A stretch of 64,000 bases of DNA from Candidatus Yanofskybacteria bacterium RIFCSPHIGHO2_01_FULL_41_26 (GCA_001794055.1 MGJB01000017.1:21339-85338); one strand, 5' to 3'. Positions 8,857 to 19,709 are shown, numbered from the stretch's first letter. Notes: generated by a model from the sequence alone, not told the origin. Numbers and translations: made by a program.

Positions 8857-11800
8857 TTCCTCAGTCCAATCCAAATTTTACGTTGCGGAGCAAGTTCAAA
8901 TTCTTTCTCAATATCATACGCTTTTTCGTCATGAGGCCCGTTGCGAAATTCTGAAAGCAAGACTTCCTTTTTTATTTCGTCCGACCATTGGCGAATAGCC
9001 TCTGATATTTCTTTGTCATCACTGTGCCATTGGCCAAATATTTCATCATCAACTTTATATTTGGCTTCTTTTCTCATGTCCTGTATTTGTCGCATCAATT
9101 CTCTGGCATAACCCTCATAGACAAGCGTCTGGTCAAGTTCGATATTCAAACAAACCAACTCCTTCTGACTTTTATCATAAACAATTTCTTTTACATTGAG
9201 TTCTTCTTTAACCAAAATCTCCAGATCTTTCGGAAATTCGTTTGAGAGCCCCAGATGTACTGCCCTTAACGGCTGGCGGACTTTGATTTGTTTTTCTTTT
9301 CTTTGGGCTAAACCCAATGTAACAATGTTTTTAATTTCTTCCATCTGCTTCTCCAGTTCTTTGTTTATCTGTTTCTTGTTTACTTGAGGCCAATCGTGAA
9401 GGTGTACGCTTTCAGTCCCCGAGGACCGTCCTCGGTGGAGGCGCATATGGATGTCCTCTGCCATAAAAGGAATGAACGGGGCGATAACTTTGGCAATCTC
9501 CAAAAGCAAAAATCTTAAAAGCCCTAGGGCCTCTTTTCTTTTTCTTGAACGCCTGAGCCACCAGTTAGAAAGGTCCTCCGCAACAAATTTTTCGATCGTT
9601 TTTGCCGCCGAAGTCGGATCGTATTTATCCAAGCCGTCTGATACTTCTCCTAGCAATCTGTTTAATTTTGACAGTATCCACCTATCGAGCAGATTCAGAT
9701 TTTTGCCTTTAGTATCGTGGAAAGAACCGAATTCTCCTTTTCCGTATAATTCATAAAATCTTAAACAATTGTCAAGCGTACTGAAAAATCCTTTCTGTTT
9801 ATCTTCTATTTCTCTAGGGATTACGCTTTTACTTTCACCTATCGTCATTGACGACAAAAAATACCACCTCAACACATCAACGCCGTATTTATCCATAAAT
9901 TCCATGACCGGCACATAATTTCCTTTTGACTTGGACATTTTGGCGCCTTTTTCATCAAGCGTATGCCCAAGCACCATTACATTTTTATATGGCGCACCTT
10001 TTTCAAGCAGAGTTGATATGGCAAGAAGCGTAAAAAACCATCCTCTTGTTTGATCTATCGCTTCAACTATAAAGTCAGCGGGGAATTGCTCTTTGGATAT
10101 TTTTTTATTATCGAAGGGCCAATGCCACTGGGCATAAGGCATAGCGCCGGAATCAAACCAGACATCAATTAAATCAGGCACTTTTTTCATATCTGAACCG
10201 CATTTAGAACACTTGAGAACAACGCTGTCTATATACGGCCGGTGCAAATCCAACTCACCCAATTCGTTGCGCGGAATTTTAGACCAATTAAGGTTTTTAA
10301 TCTCAGCAATGCGCGGATACCATTGTGCCTTCCCTTCTTTATTCAATATCTGATCTCCGGTCAATCCTTCAGCGATTGTGTTCAACAACCAAAGAGGATC
10401 GCCATGGCTCACGATTAAAATATTTTTATTTTTATATTTTGCTTCGAGTTCAAACATAAATTCCGTCATGCGTTTACGAACATCATTTAAACTTTCGGCA
10501 TCGCGCTGGCGTGAATCCATAGTTCGATCTCCTCCGCCACCTGCGATATAACGAGATACCGGCTTACCATCCCAACCAGAAGCAGATCGATACTCATGTA
10601 ATCGTTCGTCAATCACAACTTTTTGATGCAGTATTTTGCCGGCAATTGAGGCTGTTTCGTGAGTTCGAATGAACGGCGAACTAAAAATATAATCAACCCC
10701 CTCCAGTTTTAACAGTTCAATGGACTTCTCAACCATTTTTTCACCTTCGGAGGTAAGGTGGTAAGCATCGTTTTCCTGACGAGTGTTCACGATCGCATCG
10801 CCCCCTTCATTCCGAGTAGAAAAGCCGTGGCGCATAATGTAATATGTATTTTGGGGACTAACTGAAAGTTTCTCGAGTTCTTTAACCGAACCGATCGTAG
10901 TTTTGTTGTCACACCCGCCCGACCGAACACTCTCGGTAGTTCGAACGGGTTGATTGCATTCCCAAATCGGCAATGGAGTCCCCCAATATCTTTCTCTCGA
11001 AAAAGCCCAGTCCTTCCCCTCTTTCAACCACTGGCCAAATCTGCCTTCTTTAATATGTTCGGGAATCCAATTTGTCTTCCGGTTGTTTTCAATAAGTTCT
11101 TTGTTAACCGCCGACATTTTGATGAACCATGATTCTTTGGCGTAATACAGAAGCGGGGTGTCACATCTCCAGCAAAAAGGATAATCATGTTCATAATTGA
11201 AAGTAATAAGTAGTAAGTGGTTAGTAGTAAGGTAGTCGAGAATTAAGTCCTCCGTTTCTTTGGCTTTTACATATTTCCGGTCAAGACCATGGCCAATATT
11301 TATAAATCTGCCCCGTTCATCAACCGTGTGAAATTTGGGAAGTCCTAATTTTGTGCCAAGGTTGTAATCGTCCTCTCCGTACATGACCGCAGTATGAACC
11401 ACACCCGTTCCGTCTTCGGTAGAAACGAAATCGGCATCGTAAATTCTGTATGATTTATCTGATTTAAGTTTTTCGACACTAAACAACGGTTCATATTCTA
11501 GACCAAGAAGATCAGAACCTTTGTAGGTTGTATTTAGTATTTCGTATTTAGTATCTTTGAGAACTCTCCCAACAGCACTTTCGGCTAATATAAAAATTTC
11601 ATCTCCAACTTTTACTGCTGTATAACCAATATCTTTCCCGACAGCCAAGGCAACGTTGCCAGGCAATGTCCACGGAGTTGTCGTCCAAGCAAGTACATAA
11701 AGGTTCGACCTTAAATCTCCAACAAGATTAGACCTTGCAGAATTTTTAACTTTAAATTTAACAAAAACAGATTTATCTGTAACTGTCTTGTATCCCTGGG

Positions 11801-12368
11801 CAACTTCGTGAGATGATAACGGCGTTCCACAGCGTGTGCAGAAAGGCACGACCCGATGAGCCAAATACAATAATTTCCTATCCCAGATCTTTTTTATTAT
11901 CGCCCAGAGCGATTCAATGTATTGGTTTTTGTAAGTAATGTACGGATCATTCATATCGAGCCAGAAGCCCATTTTTTTGGTCATCTGTTCCCATTCGTTC
12001 TTGTATTTCCAAACGCTCTCCTTGGCCTTCTTGTTGAATTTGTCTATCCCATATGTTTCAATATCTTTTTTGTTTTTAAAGCCAAGCTCTTTCTCAACCT
12101 CTATTTCCACCGGCAGGCCGTGAGTATCCCAGCCGGCTTTGCGCAAGACAAAATATCCGCGCATTGTTTTGTAACGGCCAAAAACATCTTTATAGATCCG
12201 AGTTAGAAAGTGTCCGACATGGGGCAGTCCATTGGCGGTCGGCGGACCTTCAAAAAAAACAAAACGCTTCGCTTTTTGACGGTTTTCCAGAGATTTCTTA
12301 AAAATATTATTATCTCTCCAAAAGTCCAGTATCTTCTTTTCTTTATCGACAAAATTAGAATCAGCCAT
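8853..12368 (-). CDS. ileS: Isoleucine--tRNA ligase with an inserted histidine phosphatase domain
   Basis: GPPTANGLPHVGH, WTTTPWT, SRERYWGTP, KMSKS; internal RHG...SSPFIR...VSHGD domain. Confidence 0.95.
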   Translation of the reverse strand: MADSNFVDKEKKILDFWRDNNIFKKSLENRQKAKRFVFFEGPPTANGLPHVGHFLTRIYKDVFGRYKTMRGYFVLRKAGWDTHGLPVEIEVEKELGFKNKKDIETYGIDKFNKKAKESVWKYKNEWEQMTKKMGFWLDMNDPYITYKNQYIESLWAIIKKIWDRKLLYLAHRVVPFCTRCGTPLSSHEVAQGYKTVTDKSVFVKFKVKNSARSNLVGDLRSNLYVLAWTTTPWTLPGNVALAVGKDIGYTAVKVGDEIFILAESAVGRVLKDTKYEILNTTYKGSDLLGLEYEPLFSVEKLKSDKSYRIYDADFVSTEDGTGVVHTAVMYGEDDYNLGTKLGLPKFHTVDERGRFINIGHGLDRKYVKAKETEDLILDYLTTNHLLLITFNYEHDYPFCWRCDTPLLYYAKESWFIKMSAVNKELIENNRKTNWIPEHIKEGRFGQWLKEGKDWAFSRERYWGTPLPIWECNQPVRTTESVRSGGCDNKTTIGSVKELEKLSVSPQNTYYIMRHGFSTRNEGGDAIVNTRQENDAYHLTSEGEKMVEKSIELLKLEGVDYIFSSPFIRTHETASIAGKILHQKVVIDERLHEYRSASGWDGKPVSRYIAGGGGDRTMDSRQRDAESLNDVRKRMTEFMFELEAKYKNKNILIVSHGDPLWLLNTIAEGLTGDQILNKEGKAQWYPRIAEIKNLNWSKIPRNELGELDLHRPYIDSVVLKCSKCGSDMKKVPDLIDVWFDSGAMPYAQWHWPFDNKKISKEQFPADFIVEAIDQTRGWFFTLLAISTLLEKGAPYKNVMVLGHTLDEKGAKMSKSKGNYVPVMEFMDKYGVDVLRWYFLSSMTIGESKSVIPREIEDKQKGFFSTLDNCLRFYELYGKGEFGSFHDTKGKNLNLLDRWILSKLNRLLGEVSDGLDKYDPTSAAKTIEKFVAEDLSNWWLRRSRKRKEALGLLRFLLLEIAKVIAPFIPFMAEDIHMRLHRGRSSGTESVHLHDWPQVNKKQINKELEKQMEEIKNIVTLGLAQRKEKQIKVRQPLRAVHLGLSNEFPKDLEILVKEELNVKEIVYDKSQKELVCLNIELDQTLVYEGYARELMRQIQDMRKEAKYKVDDEIFGQWHSDDKEISEAIRQWSDEIKKEVLLSEFRNGPHDEKAYDIEKEFELAPQRKIWIGLRK

Positions 12369-12431
12369 TTTGGTAAATTATCGGATAATTTTTGATGAAA
12401 AGCAATAATTATGATAAGCTGTCAGATAAAT

Positions 12432-12860
12432 ATGAAAAAAACTATTTCGTTTTTAATATTAATCTTTATAATAAACCTGATCGGTTTATACAACCAATGG
12501 TATTTGATTTATCCCTGGTTTGACCAAGTTTTACATTTTTCAGGTGGATTTTTAATGGCCATACTTCTCTCGATATATTTAAAAAACCATCTTCTTGAAA
12601 ATGCTAAATTAAAAAACATCCTGATAGTTTTAGGCGCAGTTTCGTTTATAGGAATAACTTGGGAATTCGCTGAATACTTGGCCAGCCAAATCCTTGTTGA
12701 ATCAATTTATAGAAATTTCGGTATAAGAACTTATTTTATAGGCGACTTAAATGATACGATAAATGATCTGCTAATGGACATCCTCGGAGCTGGATTATTT
12801 TTATTTGTCTTACATTTTTTCAGGAATCGAAAGACCCATAAGATTCAAACAAATCCTTAG
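12432..12860 (+). CDS. Membrane protein (DUF2238/VanZ-like)
   Basis: WFDQVLHFSGG, WEFAEY, DTINDL motifs; several TM helices. Confidence 0.7.
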   Translation: MKKTISFLILIFIINLIGLYNQWYLIYPWFDQVLHFSGGFLMAILLSIYLKNHLLENAKLKNILIVLGAVSFIGITWEFAEYLASQILVESIYRNFGIRTYFIGDLNDTINDLLMDILGAGLFLFVLHFFRNRKTHKIQTNP

Positions 12861-14402
12861 AACCGTGTGCACTCCTTGAGCGAGCAGGAGACGGGCCGAT
12901 TGAAGTTCCGTGTCATTCTCCTGAATTACATGGTGCTTCTCATAGAACTTATGAAAATCTCCGGCGAGATTCAAAGTATACTGACCGAGATTATGAACCT
13001 GATAGTTTTCTGCGACGCCTTCAACAACTTCCGGAAACCTAACAAGATCTTTCAGTAATCGCAGTTCCTCTTTTTCTTTCAATAAATCAAGGTCGTTGGT
13101 CGTTGGTTGTTGGTTGTTGGTTGTTTTAGCAAAAATACTATTCAATCGCGAATGGGCATATTGAATATAGAAAACCGGGTTTTCTTTTGACTGTTTTTTT
13201 GCCAGTTCTATATCGAACTCCATGTGAGTATTCAAATCCCTGGAAAGGAAGAAAAACCTAATGGCATCTTTCCCGATCTCGGACAGCAAGTCGTCCATCA
13301 AAATAAACCGGCCCGTTCTTTTGGACATTTTTTGGATTTCACCGTCTTCTTTGATTGAAACTAATTGATGGAGAAGTATCTCCAGACGGTCGGGATCATA
13401 TCCTAGAGCCGCAACGCCCGTTTTTAATCTGACAACATCTCCATGGTGATCTGCTCCCCAAATATTTATTGTGCTTGTAAATCCCCTTCCAAATTTATTC
13501 TTGGTATAAGCAATGTCGTTCAACAAATAAGTCGTTGAGCCATCACTTTTTACTAAAACAGCTTTTTGCTCATTATTTATTTTTAACCACTTGGCTCCGT
13601 CTTCTTCAATTACAAATCCCTTCGATTCCAATTCGGCAAGAGCCGCTTCAACTTCTCCGCTTTCATGAAGTTTTGATTCAAAAAACCATTCATCAAATTC
13701 AACTCCCATTTTTTTTGAGGAATTTTTGGCTTTATCGATCATGGCATTAATCGCCCACGCCCGAACATGGCCCTCGGGTATCTTCTTATCCAAAAATTCT
13801 TGGGCCATCTCTTTAATATACTCGCCCTGATACATTTCCGAACCAAATTCCACCTTTTCACCTTTCAATTCTTTCATCCTTAACTTCACTGACTCAACAA
13901 GTTTATCCACTTGGTTGCCAACATCATTGATATAATACTCTTTGGTCACTTGATATCCTGTTTTTTCTAAAATATTGCCGAGTGTATCGCCGAATGAAGC
14001 TGCCCGAGCATTGCCGACCGTTAGCGGCCCAGTCGGATTGGCAGAGACGAATTCAAGATTTATCTTGACTCCTTTACCTGGCTCAGAATTACCAAATTTT
14101 TCTCCTCTTTCTACAACCTCAACTAACGAGTTCCTTAAATAATCTTCGCTTAGATAGAAATTAATGAACCCCGGCGGAACAAGCTGGATTTTTCTTAATT
14201 TTTTGCCCAATTCTTTATCGCCTAAAAGTTCTTCCACCAAGTCCTTTCCTGCTTCTATTGGGCTTATTCCTTTTTTCTTTGCCAAAACAAAAGCAAGATT
14301 AGTCGAATAGTCTCCCAACATATCTTCAGAAGGCATCAAAATATCGAACCCTACCCCTGGAATTCTGTCCGAAATTTCTTTTCTTAGCCACTTTTTTATC
14401 AT
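12810..14402 (-). CDS. argS: Arginine--tRNA ligase
   Basis: EFVSANPTGPL, WGADH, KMSKR, NPVFYIQYAH. Confidence 0.95.
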   Translation of the reverse strand: MIKKWLRKEISDRIPGVGFDILMPSEDMLGDYSTNLAFVLAKKKGISPIEAGKDLVEELLGDKELGKKLRKIQLVPPGFINFYLSEDYLRNSLVEVVERGEKFGNSEPGKGVKINLEFVSANPTGPLTVGNARAASFGDTLGNILEKTGYQVTKEYYINDVGNQVDKLVESVKLRMKELKGEKVEFGSEMYQGEYIKEMAQEFLDKKIPEGHVRAWAINAMIDKAKNSSKKMGVEFDEWFFESKLHESGEVEAALAELESKGFVIEEDGAKWLKINNEQKAVLVKSDGSTTYLLNDIAYTKNKFGRGFTSTINIWGADHHGDVVRLKTGVAALGYDPDRLEILLHQLVSIKEDGEIQKMSKRTGRFILMDDLLSEIGKDAIRFFFLSRDLNTHMEFDIELAKKQSKENPVFYIQYAHSRLNSIFAKTTNNQQPTTNDLDLLKEKEELRLLKDLVRFPEVVEGVAENYQVHNLGQYTLNLAGDFHKFYEKHHVIQENDTELQSARLLLAQGVHTVLRICLNLMGLSIPEKM

Positions 14403-14444
14403 ATCGTTTAAGTTTATCAAAATTAAGAAAATTAAAAAGGGCTT

Positions 14445-14888
14445 TTAGCCCTCTTCTTCTTTGTATCTCTTTCGCGCCTCATCAATGAAGTCCCATAAAA
14501 TTCTTATCTGTTTCTTGTTTAAGGAGAAATAGAAATATTCTTCAAACTCCAATGTTCTGTCCTCCCTCCACTTAAATTCCTTGTCTGCCCTACATCTTCC
14601 TTTCGTTTTTTTTAAATCTTTCCATGGCAGATTTTCCGACATTTTCTCAAGAACAGTTCCGAGTCCAAAATGACATAATTCGTGGATAAGGACTTTGGGG
14701 GTACCCCTCTTTTTATCAAGATAGATAATTTCGTCTTCTTGATCGATCTCTCCTAAAGTAAGCCGGTCGCTTCTTTTTTCTGATTTTTTGAAATCTTTGA
14801 TTATAATTATCCAGCCCGAGTTGACAAAATGTTCCATCAATAAGTAAAAAAACCAATCCCTGAACTTATACAAGGACCTTCGTCTCAT
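14445..14888 (-). CDS. Hypothetical protein with HExxH zincin-like motif
   Basis: LIHELCH; ...LGEID..DEIIYLD. Confidence 0.6.
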   Translation of the reverse strand: MRRRSLYKFRDWFFYLLMEHFVNSGWIIIIKDFKKSEKRSDRLTLGEIDQEDEIIYLDKKRGTPKVLIHELCHFGLGTVLEKMSENLPWKDLKKTKGRCRADKEFKWREDRTLEFEEYFYFSLNKKQIRILWDFIDEARKRYKEEEG

Positions 14889-14963
14889 ATTTGAAACCTC
14901 TTAAAGGAACTTGCTTAAAGAATATCCTAAAAGTCCAAAATTAAAAACGGCTGCTATCAGCCA

Positions 14964-15572
14964 TTAAAACGGGAACTCGGTAACAATCTCGTCAATGAGC
15001 CCGTTGGTTCCGAACCTTTTGGCACTCTGAGCATCCAGCCAGTAATCCTTCTTTTCGCTTAATTTCTTGATTTCATCCAAATCCATTCCCACCCGATCCG
15101 CAATAATTTTCATTGCGATGTCGTTGATGCGGTCCATTTCTTGTTGTCTTTCTCTTCCTTCATTGACTTCTTCCGATTTAAAGAACGGAAGAACTTGTCT
15201 TACCTGATGGACAAGAAATTGAGTATTCGGAAAAGAATACCTCTTTGTTCCGGCCTGCATAATAGCCGTTGCCATTGAAGCAACATATCCGACACCAAGG
15301 ACGTTTACCTCACAACCGGCGGCGGTAAGGGCTTTCATGAGGTCAAAAATAGCAAACCCTTGGCCCACATCTCCACCAGGAGAGTTCAAAAACAACCAAA
15401 TTGGCACATTGGCCTCAAATAAATGCCGATACATAAAATCCAAGGCGACAGAATAAGAAGCAGAACCATCAATCTCGTCGGCCATGATTAATACGCCTCT
15501 TTCCGCCAAAGCATATCTTCGCTCATCGCCAGGCTTAAGCTGCATTACTCTTCGATATTCATTAGCATTCAT
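14964..15572 (-). CDS. clpP: ClpP-like protease subunit
   Basis: LNSPGGDV, ASMA (catalytic Ser), FLVHQ (His), GLIDEI. Confidence 0.85.
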   Translation of the reverse strand: MNANEYRRVMQLKPGDERRYALAERGVLIMADEIDGSASYSVALDFMYRHLFEANVPIWLFLNSPGGDVGQGFAIFDLMKALTAAGCEVNVLGVGYVASMATAIMQAGTKRYSFPNTQFLVHQVRQVLPFFKSEEVNEGRERQQEMDRINDIAMKIIADRVGMDLDEIKKLSEKKDYWLDAQSAKRFGTNGLIDEIVTEFPF

Positions 15573-15628
15573 TACTGTGTCCTTTCAAGGTTCTTCTGAC
15601 AATCAAAATACTATAATCCCAGGAGATG

Positions 15629-16159
15629 TCAAAGATAGAACCGCCACAATTTGTTTTTCCATTTTCCGGCGTAATCCACGCCTATCCGTTTGCCCTTTTT
15701 AATCTGGGATTTTTTAATTTTAATTTTGCTGTTTTCAATCCACAATAAGTCGTTTTTTGTTAAATCAACGGCATTGAGTTTCTTGTCTATTTTCAGTTCT
15801 CTACAAAGTTTCCCTGGTCCATCACAATTTTCATATTCAAGAGCCCTGATTAACACTGCTGACGGGTTACCTTCTTTTTCGGTGACAGTATTCAAACAAT
15901 TATACATTCCATATACAAGATAAACATAAGCGTGCCCCGGCGGACCGAACATTACTTTTGTTCTTTCGGTTAAACCCCGAGAGGCGTGGCAGGCGAGGTC
16001 TCTTATTCCACAGTATGCCTCGGTTTCGATTATTCTGGCTTTAATAATTTTGGCCTGCCCTGAGCGAATCGAAGGGATTTTCCGCACCAAAAACTTTCCC
16101 AAAAGATCTTGGGCAACCAATGCGGTATTTCTATTGAAAAATTTCCTATTTAGCTTCAT
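15629..16159 (-). CDS. mpg: DNA-3-methyladenine glycosylase
   Basis: ETEAY, MFGPPGHAYVY..YGM, AVLIRA, GPGKL, WRF. Confidence 0.93.
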   Translation of the reverse strand: MKLNRKFFNRNTALVAQDLLGKFLVRKIPSIRSGQAKIIKARIIETEAYCGIRDLACHASRGLTERTKVMFGPPGHAYVYLVYGMYNCLNTVTEKEGNPSAVLIRALEYENCDGPGKLCRELKIDKKLNAVDLTKNDLLWIENSKIKIKKSQIKKGKRIGVDYAGKWKNKLWRFYL

Positions 16160-16168
16160 ACTTAAGTC

Positions 16169-17242
16169 ATGACTACACCATCCAATGAATACGACAGGCT
16201 TCCAATCGAAGCGGTAAAGAAGGTCGCTCCTTCGGTCGTCAGTATTGTTATATCAAAATTCCTTCCCAAGATTAAGGGAGTTTGTGGCCTGCCTGGCCAG
16301 GGCATGCCTAGTACTCCTTTTTCAAACCCATTCCTATTCGGAGAAGTTGATCCGTCAGCTGACGGAGGCCAAAAAGAAAAAATAAGCATAGGCGGCGGAT
16401 CGGGTTTTATCGTTCATCCTGACGGTCTTATTCTCACGAACAAACATGTTGTTTTTGATCAGGACGCTGATTACACCATCATAACCACAGACTTGCAGGA
16501 ATATCCGGCAAAAGTTCTTTCCCGAGATCCAATCAATGATATCGCCGTTCTAAAGATCAACGCCAATGGGTTGCCGACTGTTCGTCTCGGAAATTCAAGC
16601 AAACTTGAACTGGGACAAACAGTGCTCGCCATAGGAAATGCTTTAGGCATGTTCTCAAACACTGTTTCAAGGGGAATAATTTCCGGTTTATCAAGAAGTA
16701 TATCTGCTGCCTTAGGCACTGAAGGAGAGATGGAGCACCTAAGGGGCGTACTCCAAACAGACGTAGCTATCAATCAAGGCAACTCGGGTGGTCCATTGAT
16801 TAATGTTGACGGGGAAGTTGTTGCCATCAATACCGCTATTATTTTCGGTGCCCAAAATATCGGATTTTCAATTCCAATCAACTGGGCAAAACAAGACCTT
16901 GAAGACATCATAAAATACGGAAGAATTGTTAAACCATATCTCGGACTTCAATATGTAAAATTAGATAAAAAGCTACAGAAACAATATTCCTTGCCTGTTG
17001 ATTATGGAGCGTTAGTGGTTCGAGATCACCGCCCGGATTCAGTAGCTATTGTTCCTAATTCTCCTGCCGCTCGGGCTGGAATCAAAGAGAACGACATAAT
17101 TCTTGAGTTAGATGGGGAGAAAATATCCGACGAACTCCAAGACATGCTCCAAAAGTTTTCTGCCCAAAGCGAAGTCGAACTTACGGTCTTAAGAAAAGAT
17201 CAGCAGATGAAGATGAAAGTAAAACTAGAAGAAAGAAAATAA
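16169..17242 (+). CDS. htrA: HtrA/DegP-family serine protease with PDZ domain
   Basis: GSGFI, TNKHVV, DIAVLK, GNSGGP, PDZ. Confidence 0.9.
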   Translation: MTTPSNEYDRLPIEAVKKVAPSVVSIVISKFLPKIKGVCGLPGQGMPSTPFSNPFLFGEVDPSADGGQKEKISIGGGSGFIVHPDGLILTNKHVVFDQDADYTIITTDLQEYPAKVLSRDPINDIAVLKINANGLPTVRLGNSSKLELGQTVLAIGNALGMFSNTVSRGIISGLSRSISAALGTEGEMEHLRGVLQTDVAINQGNSGGPLINVDGEVVAINTAIIFGAQNIGFSIPINWAKQDLEDIIKYGRIVKPYLGLQYVKLDKKLQKQYSLPVDYGALVVRDHRPDSVAIVPNSPAARAGIKENDIILELDGEKISDELQDMLQKFSAQSEVELTVLRKDQQMKMKVKLEERK

Positions 17243-17431
17243 GACGCTCGGTCTTGTGATTTTTATAGCTCACACAACATCTATGCATGCTACGTAGTGT
17301 GCTTTTCTGAAATACTACTGATTTCACAAAAGCACGCCCACTCCGCCGGTTGGTTAGGTGGTTAGTTGATATTTGGCAATAAAATATCAAACTCTCTATG
17401 ATGCAAAAAAAAATAGCCCTCTGGGCTATTT

Positions 17432-17698
17432 TTAATTCATTTTGCATATGACTTGTTCTCTGTAAAGTATCGGTTTTAGTTTAAAATTTCTATTACTGTT
17501 TACTAAACACCATTTATTGAATTCTTCAATTGCTTGATTCTCATCAACAATTGATTCATACTTTCTCAACAATAAGTTTAATTTTATATCTTCCTCAAAT
17601 TCTCCACCGATGTCTTCATGTCCATAATCTATAAATCTAACAAAAAATGGACAAGTTAAGTCAAGTTCTCGAACAGAAATAATTTTCATTTTCAACAT
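17432..17698 (-). CDS. Hypothetical protein
   Basis: ORF with a GAGG SD and a downstream hairpin at about 17407-17432. Confidence 0.45.
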   Translation of the reverse strand: MLKMKIISVRELDLTCPFFVRFIDYGHEDIGGEFEEDIKLNLLLRKYESIVDENQAIEEFNKWCLVNSNRNFKLKPILYREQVICKMN

Positions 17699-17906
17699 TC
17701 CGCCTCACCAAATTATCAATATTCTTAATCCAAGATAGCTGAAAATATTATTTTGGACAACCCCTTGACACTACAAGATTCTAGCCCTACATAGGTCCGT
17801 CCGCCCTATGTAATTGTCTAGGCTGTTGAAATTAAACCAGCTAATCTTGACTTAGATTAACTTTCATGTTAACCTTAAGACCACACTTTTCCCAAAAGAG
17901 GTTTTC

Positions 17907-18110
17907 ATGAAAACACCTGATGTACCACTAAGTGAGATATTCCATTTGGAACTATTCAAACATGGTGAAGAATGGTTTATCAAATATTGTCACCATCACG
18001 AAAAAGGAAATGCCCGACATCGGTCAAGCAAAAGAGACTACGTTTCCTTGCCACCGGAAACTTTAGTCCAAAGAAAAAAACCCGACATCTCCATTCAGTT
18101 TGCCGACTAA
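17907..18110 (+). CDS. Small hypothetical protein
   Basis: GAGG SD before the ATG; GCCGAC..GTCGGC-T-tract terminator at the stop. Confidence 0.5.
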   Translation: MKTPDVPLSEIFHLELFKHGEEWFIKYCHHHEKGNARHRSSKRDYVSLPPETLVQRKKPDISIQFAD

Positions 18111-18160
18111 CTGTCGGCTTTTTATTTTTAAAAAGCAAAATTTAAGGATATCATGTGGAT

Positions 18161-18604
18161 ATGGCAGAATATGCGAATAATCCAAAAGCGGGGTTTGATT
18201 ATGAAATACTGGAAACACTTGAGGCGGGTATTGTGTTGAAAGGATATGAGGTTAAATCAATCAAAACAGGCAAAGTTTCAATCAAGGGTTCTTATGTGAA
18301 AATACTCAACGGAGAACCATTTTTGGTTGGCGCCATTATTTCACCTTACCAGGCGGCAAACACTCCAGCCGACTACGACCCCCAATCTTCCCGAAAACTT
18401 TTGCTTTCCAAAAAACAAATTTCAGTTCTGGTCGGAACATCCCAAGCCCATGGACTAACGCTTGTGCCCCTGAAACTTTATGACAAAAAGGGCCGAGTAA
18501 AACTCCTCGTTGGTATCGCCAGAGGCAAGAAAAAGTATGACAAACGAGAAACAATCAAGAAAAAAGATATCGCTAGGACCAGACAGAGAGGTATTGACGA
18601 ATAG
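18161..18604 (+). CDS. smpB: SsrA-binding protein
   Basis: EAGIVLKGYEVKSIK, RKLLL, ARGKKKYDKR. Confidence 0.95.
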   Translation: MAEYANNPKAGFDYEILETLEAGIVLKGYEVKSIKTGKVSIKGSYVKILNGEPFLVGAIISPYQAANTPADYDPQSSRKLLLSKKQISVLVGTSQAHGLTLVPLKLYDKKGRVKLLVGIARGKKKYDKRETIKKKDIARTRQRGIDE

Positions 18605-18660
18605 TCGTTTTAGATATAAAATATTGACATCCTGTTCAAAGGGATAAGGGGTCTCGGAGT

Positions 18661-19311
18661 ATGCGTGCTAAAATGCTTGAACGTTGGATCGCTCTTTTAA
18701 AAAGATTGGGAGTCAATGAAATAACAGCTCAAGAGACGTACCACATGCTGGTTTACTACTACATGCAGCCGCATCGGCATTATCATACCCTGACCCACAT
18801 TTCAAGCGGACTGAAAGAATTTGACGACATCAAGGGCCTGGCTGCAAATCCAGATGAGCTTGAGTTGGCTTGGTATTTACATGATGCAATTTATGAAACT
18901 TGGGCCGAAGACAATGAACATCAAAGCGCCGGGCTAGCTAGGTTTTATATAACAAAAATGATGCACCTTCCTCTGTCCACAACGGGTATCCGTGTTTATC
19001 ATTTAATTCTATCGACACACCATCGCTACGATCCGAATGTTTTATTTAGCGATACAAGATTAATGGTTGATATTGATCTTCATGAACTTGGCAAACCTAC
19101 GGCTGAATTTGATATAAATTCCACCAACATCAGGAGGGAATACTGGTGGATGCCAGAACAAGAATATCGCCACAAGGGAATTGATTTTCTTGAACACTTT
19201 CTCAAGCGCACCGATATTTATCTCACGCCTTACTTTCGCGATAAATATGAAATTCAGGCCAGGTTAAATCTAAAGGCCGAAATTGAAAAATTACAAGCCG
19301 CTACCTTATAG
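18661..19311 (+). CDS. HD-superfamily metal-dependent phosphohydrolase (COG4339-like)
   Basis: PHRHYHTLTH, WYLHDAIY, DIDL, IRREY. Confidence 0.85.
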   Translation: MRAKMLERWIALLKRLGVNEITAQETYHMLVYYYMQPHRHYHTLTHISSGLKEFDDIKGLAANPDELELAWYLHDAIYETWAEDNEHQSAGLARFYITKMMHLPLSTTGIRVYHLILSTHHRYDPNVLFSDTRLMVDIDLHELGKPTAEFDINSTNIRREYWWMPEQEYRHKGIDFLEHFLKRTDIYLTPYFRDKYEIQARLNLKAEIEKLQAATL

Positions 19312-19333
19312 GCAGGCGGTTTTTGATTTAAAA

Positions 19334-19693
19334 GGTGGAGGTGGTGGAAGTCGAATCCACATCCGAGATTTGATCCGAAGAACTTCTACTTAGATAGTCG
19401 GTTTGGTATTTCACCTGAAGCTAAAAAACCAACAAAATAACTTCGAGCTATTTTTCCGTATTCTCAACAGCAAAACAGGAAAAAGATGAATTGCTGTCCA
19501 GCCTACTATATAACATTCCGTAATCCCCTAGCAGGCATCAAGGCGGAATGGCTTACCTAAATAAATTTAGGCGAAAGCGTAATTAGGTTGCGTTTTTGCA
19601 CCTATTAATTTGGTCGAGGTTTTATAGTGGTTAACGGCCATCCACTCTAAGCGTCCAGTCAGTTCATAAATCTCGTCGAAGCCTTTCACCCCC
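19334..19693 (-). ncRNA. ssrA: tmRNA (tag peptide about AKTQPNYAFA*)
   Basis: 5' GGGGGUG pairs with 3' CACCUCC-A-CC, T-loop UUCGACU, tag ORF ending YAFA-stop, near smpB. Confidence 0.92.
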
Positions 19694-19709
19694 CAATTTC
19701 CTGATACAA

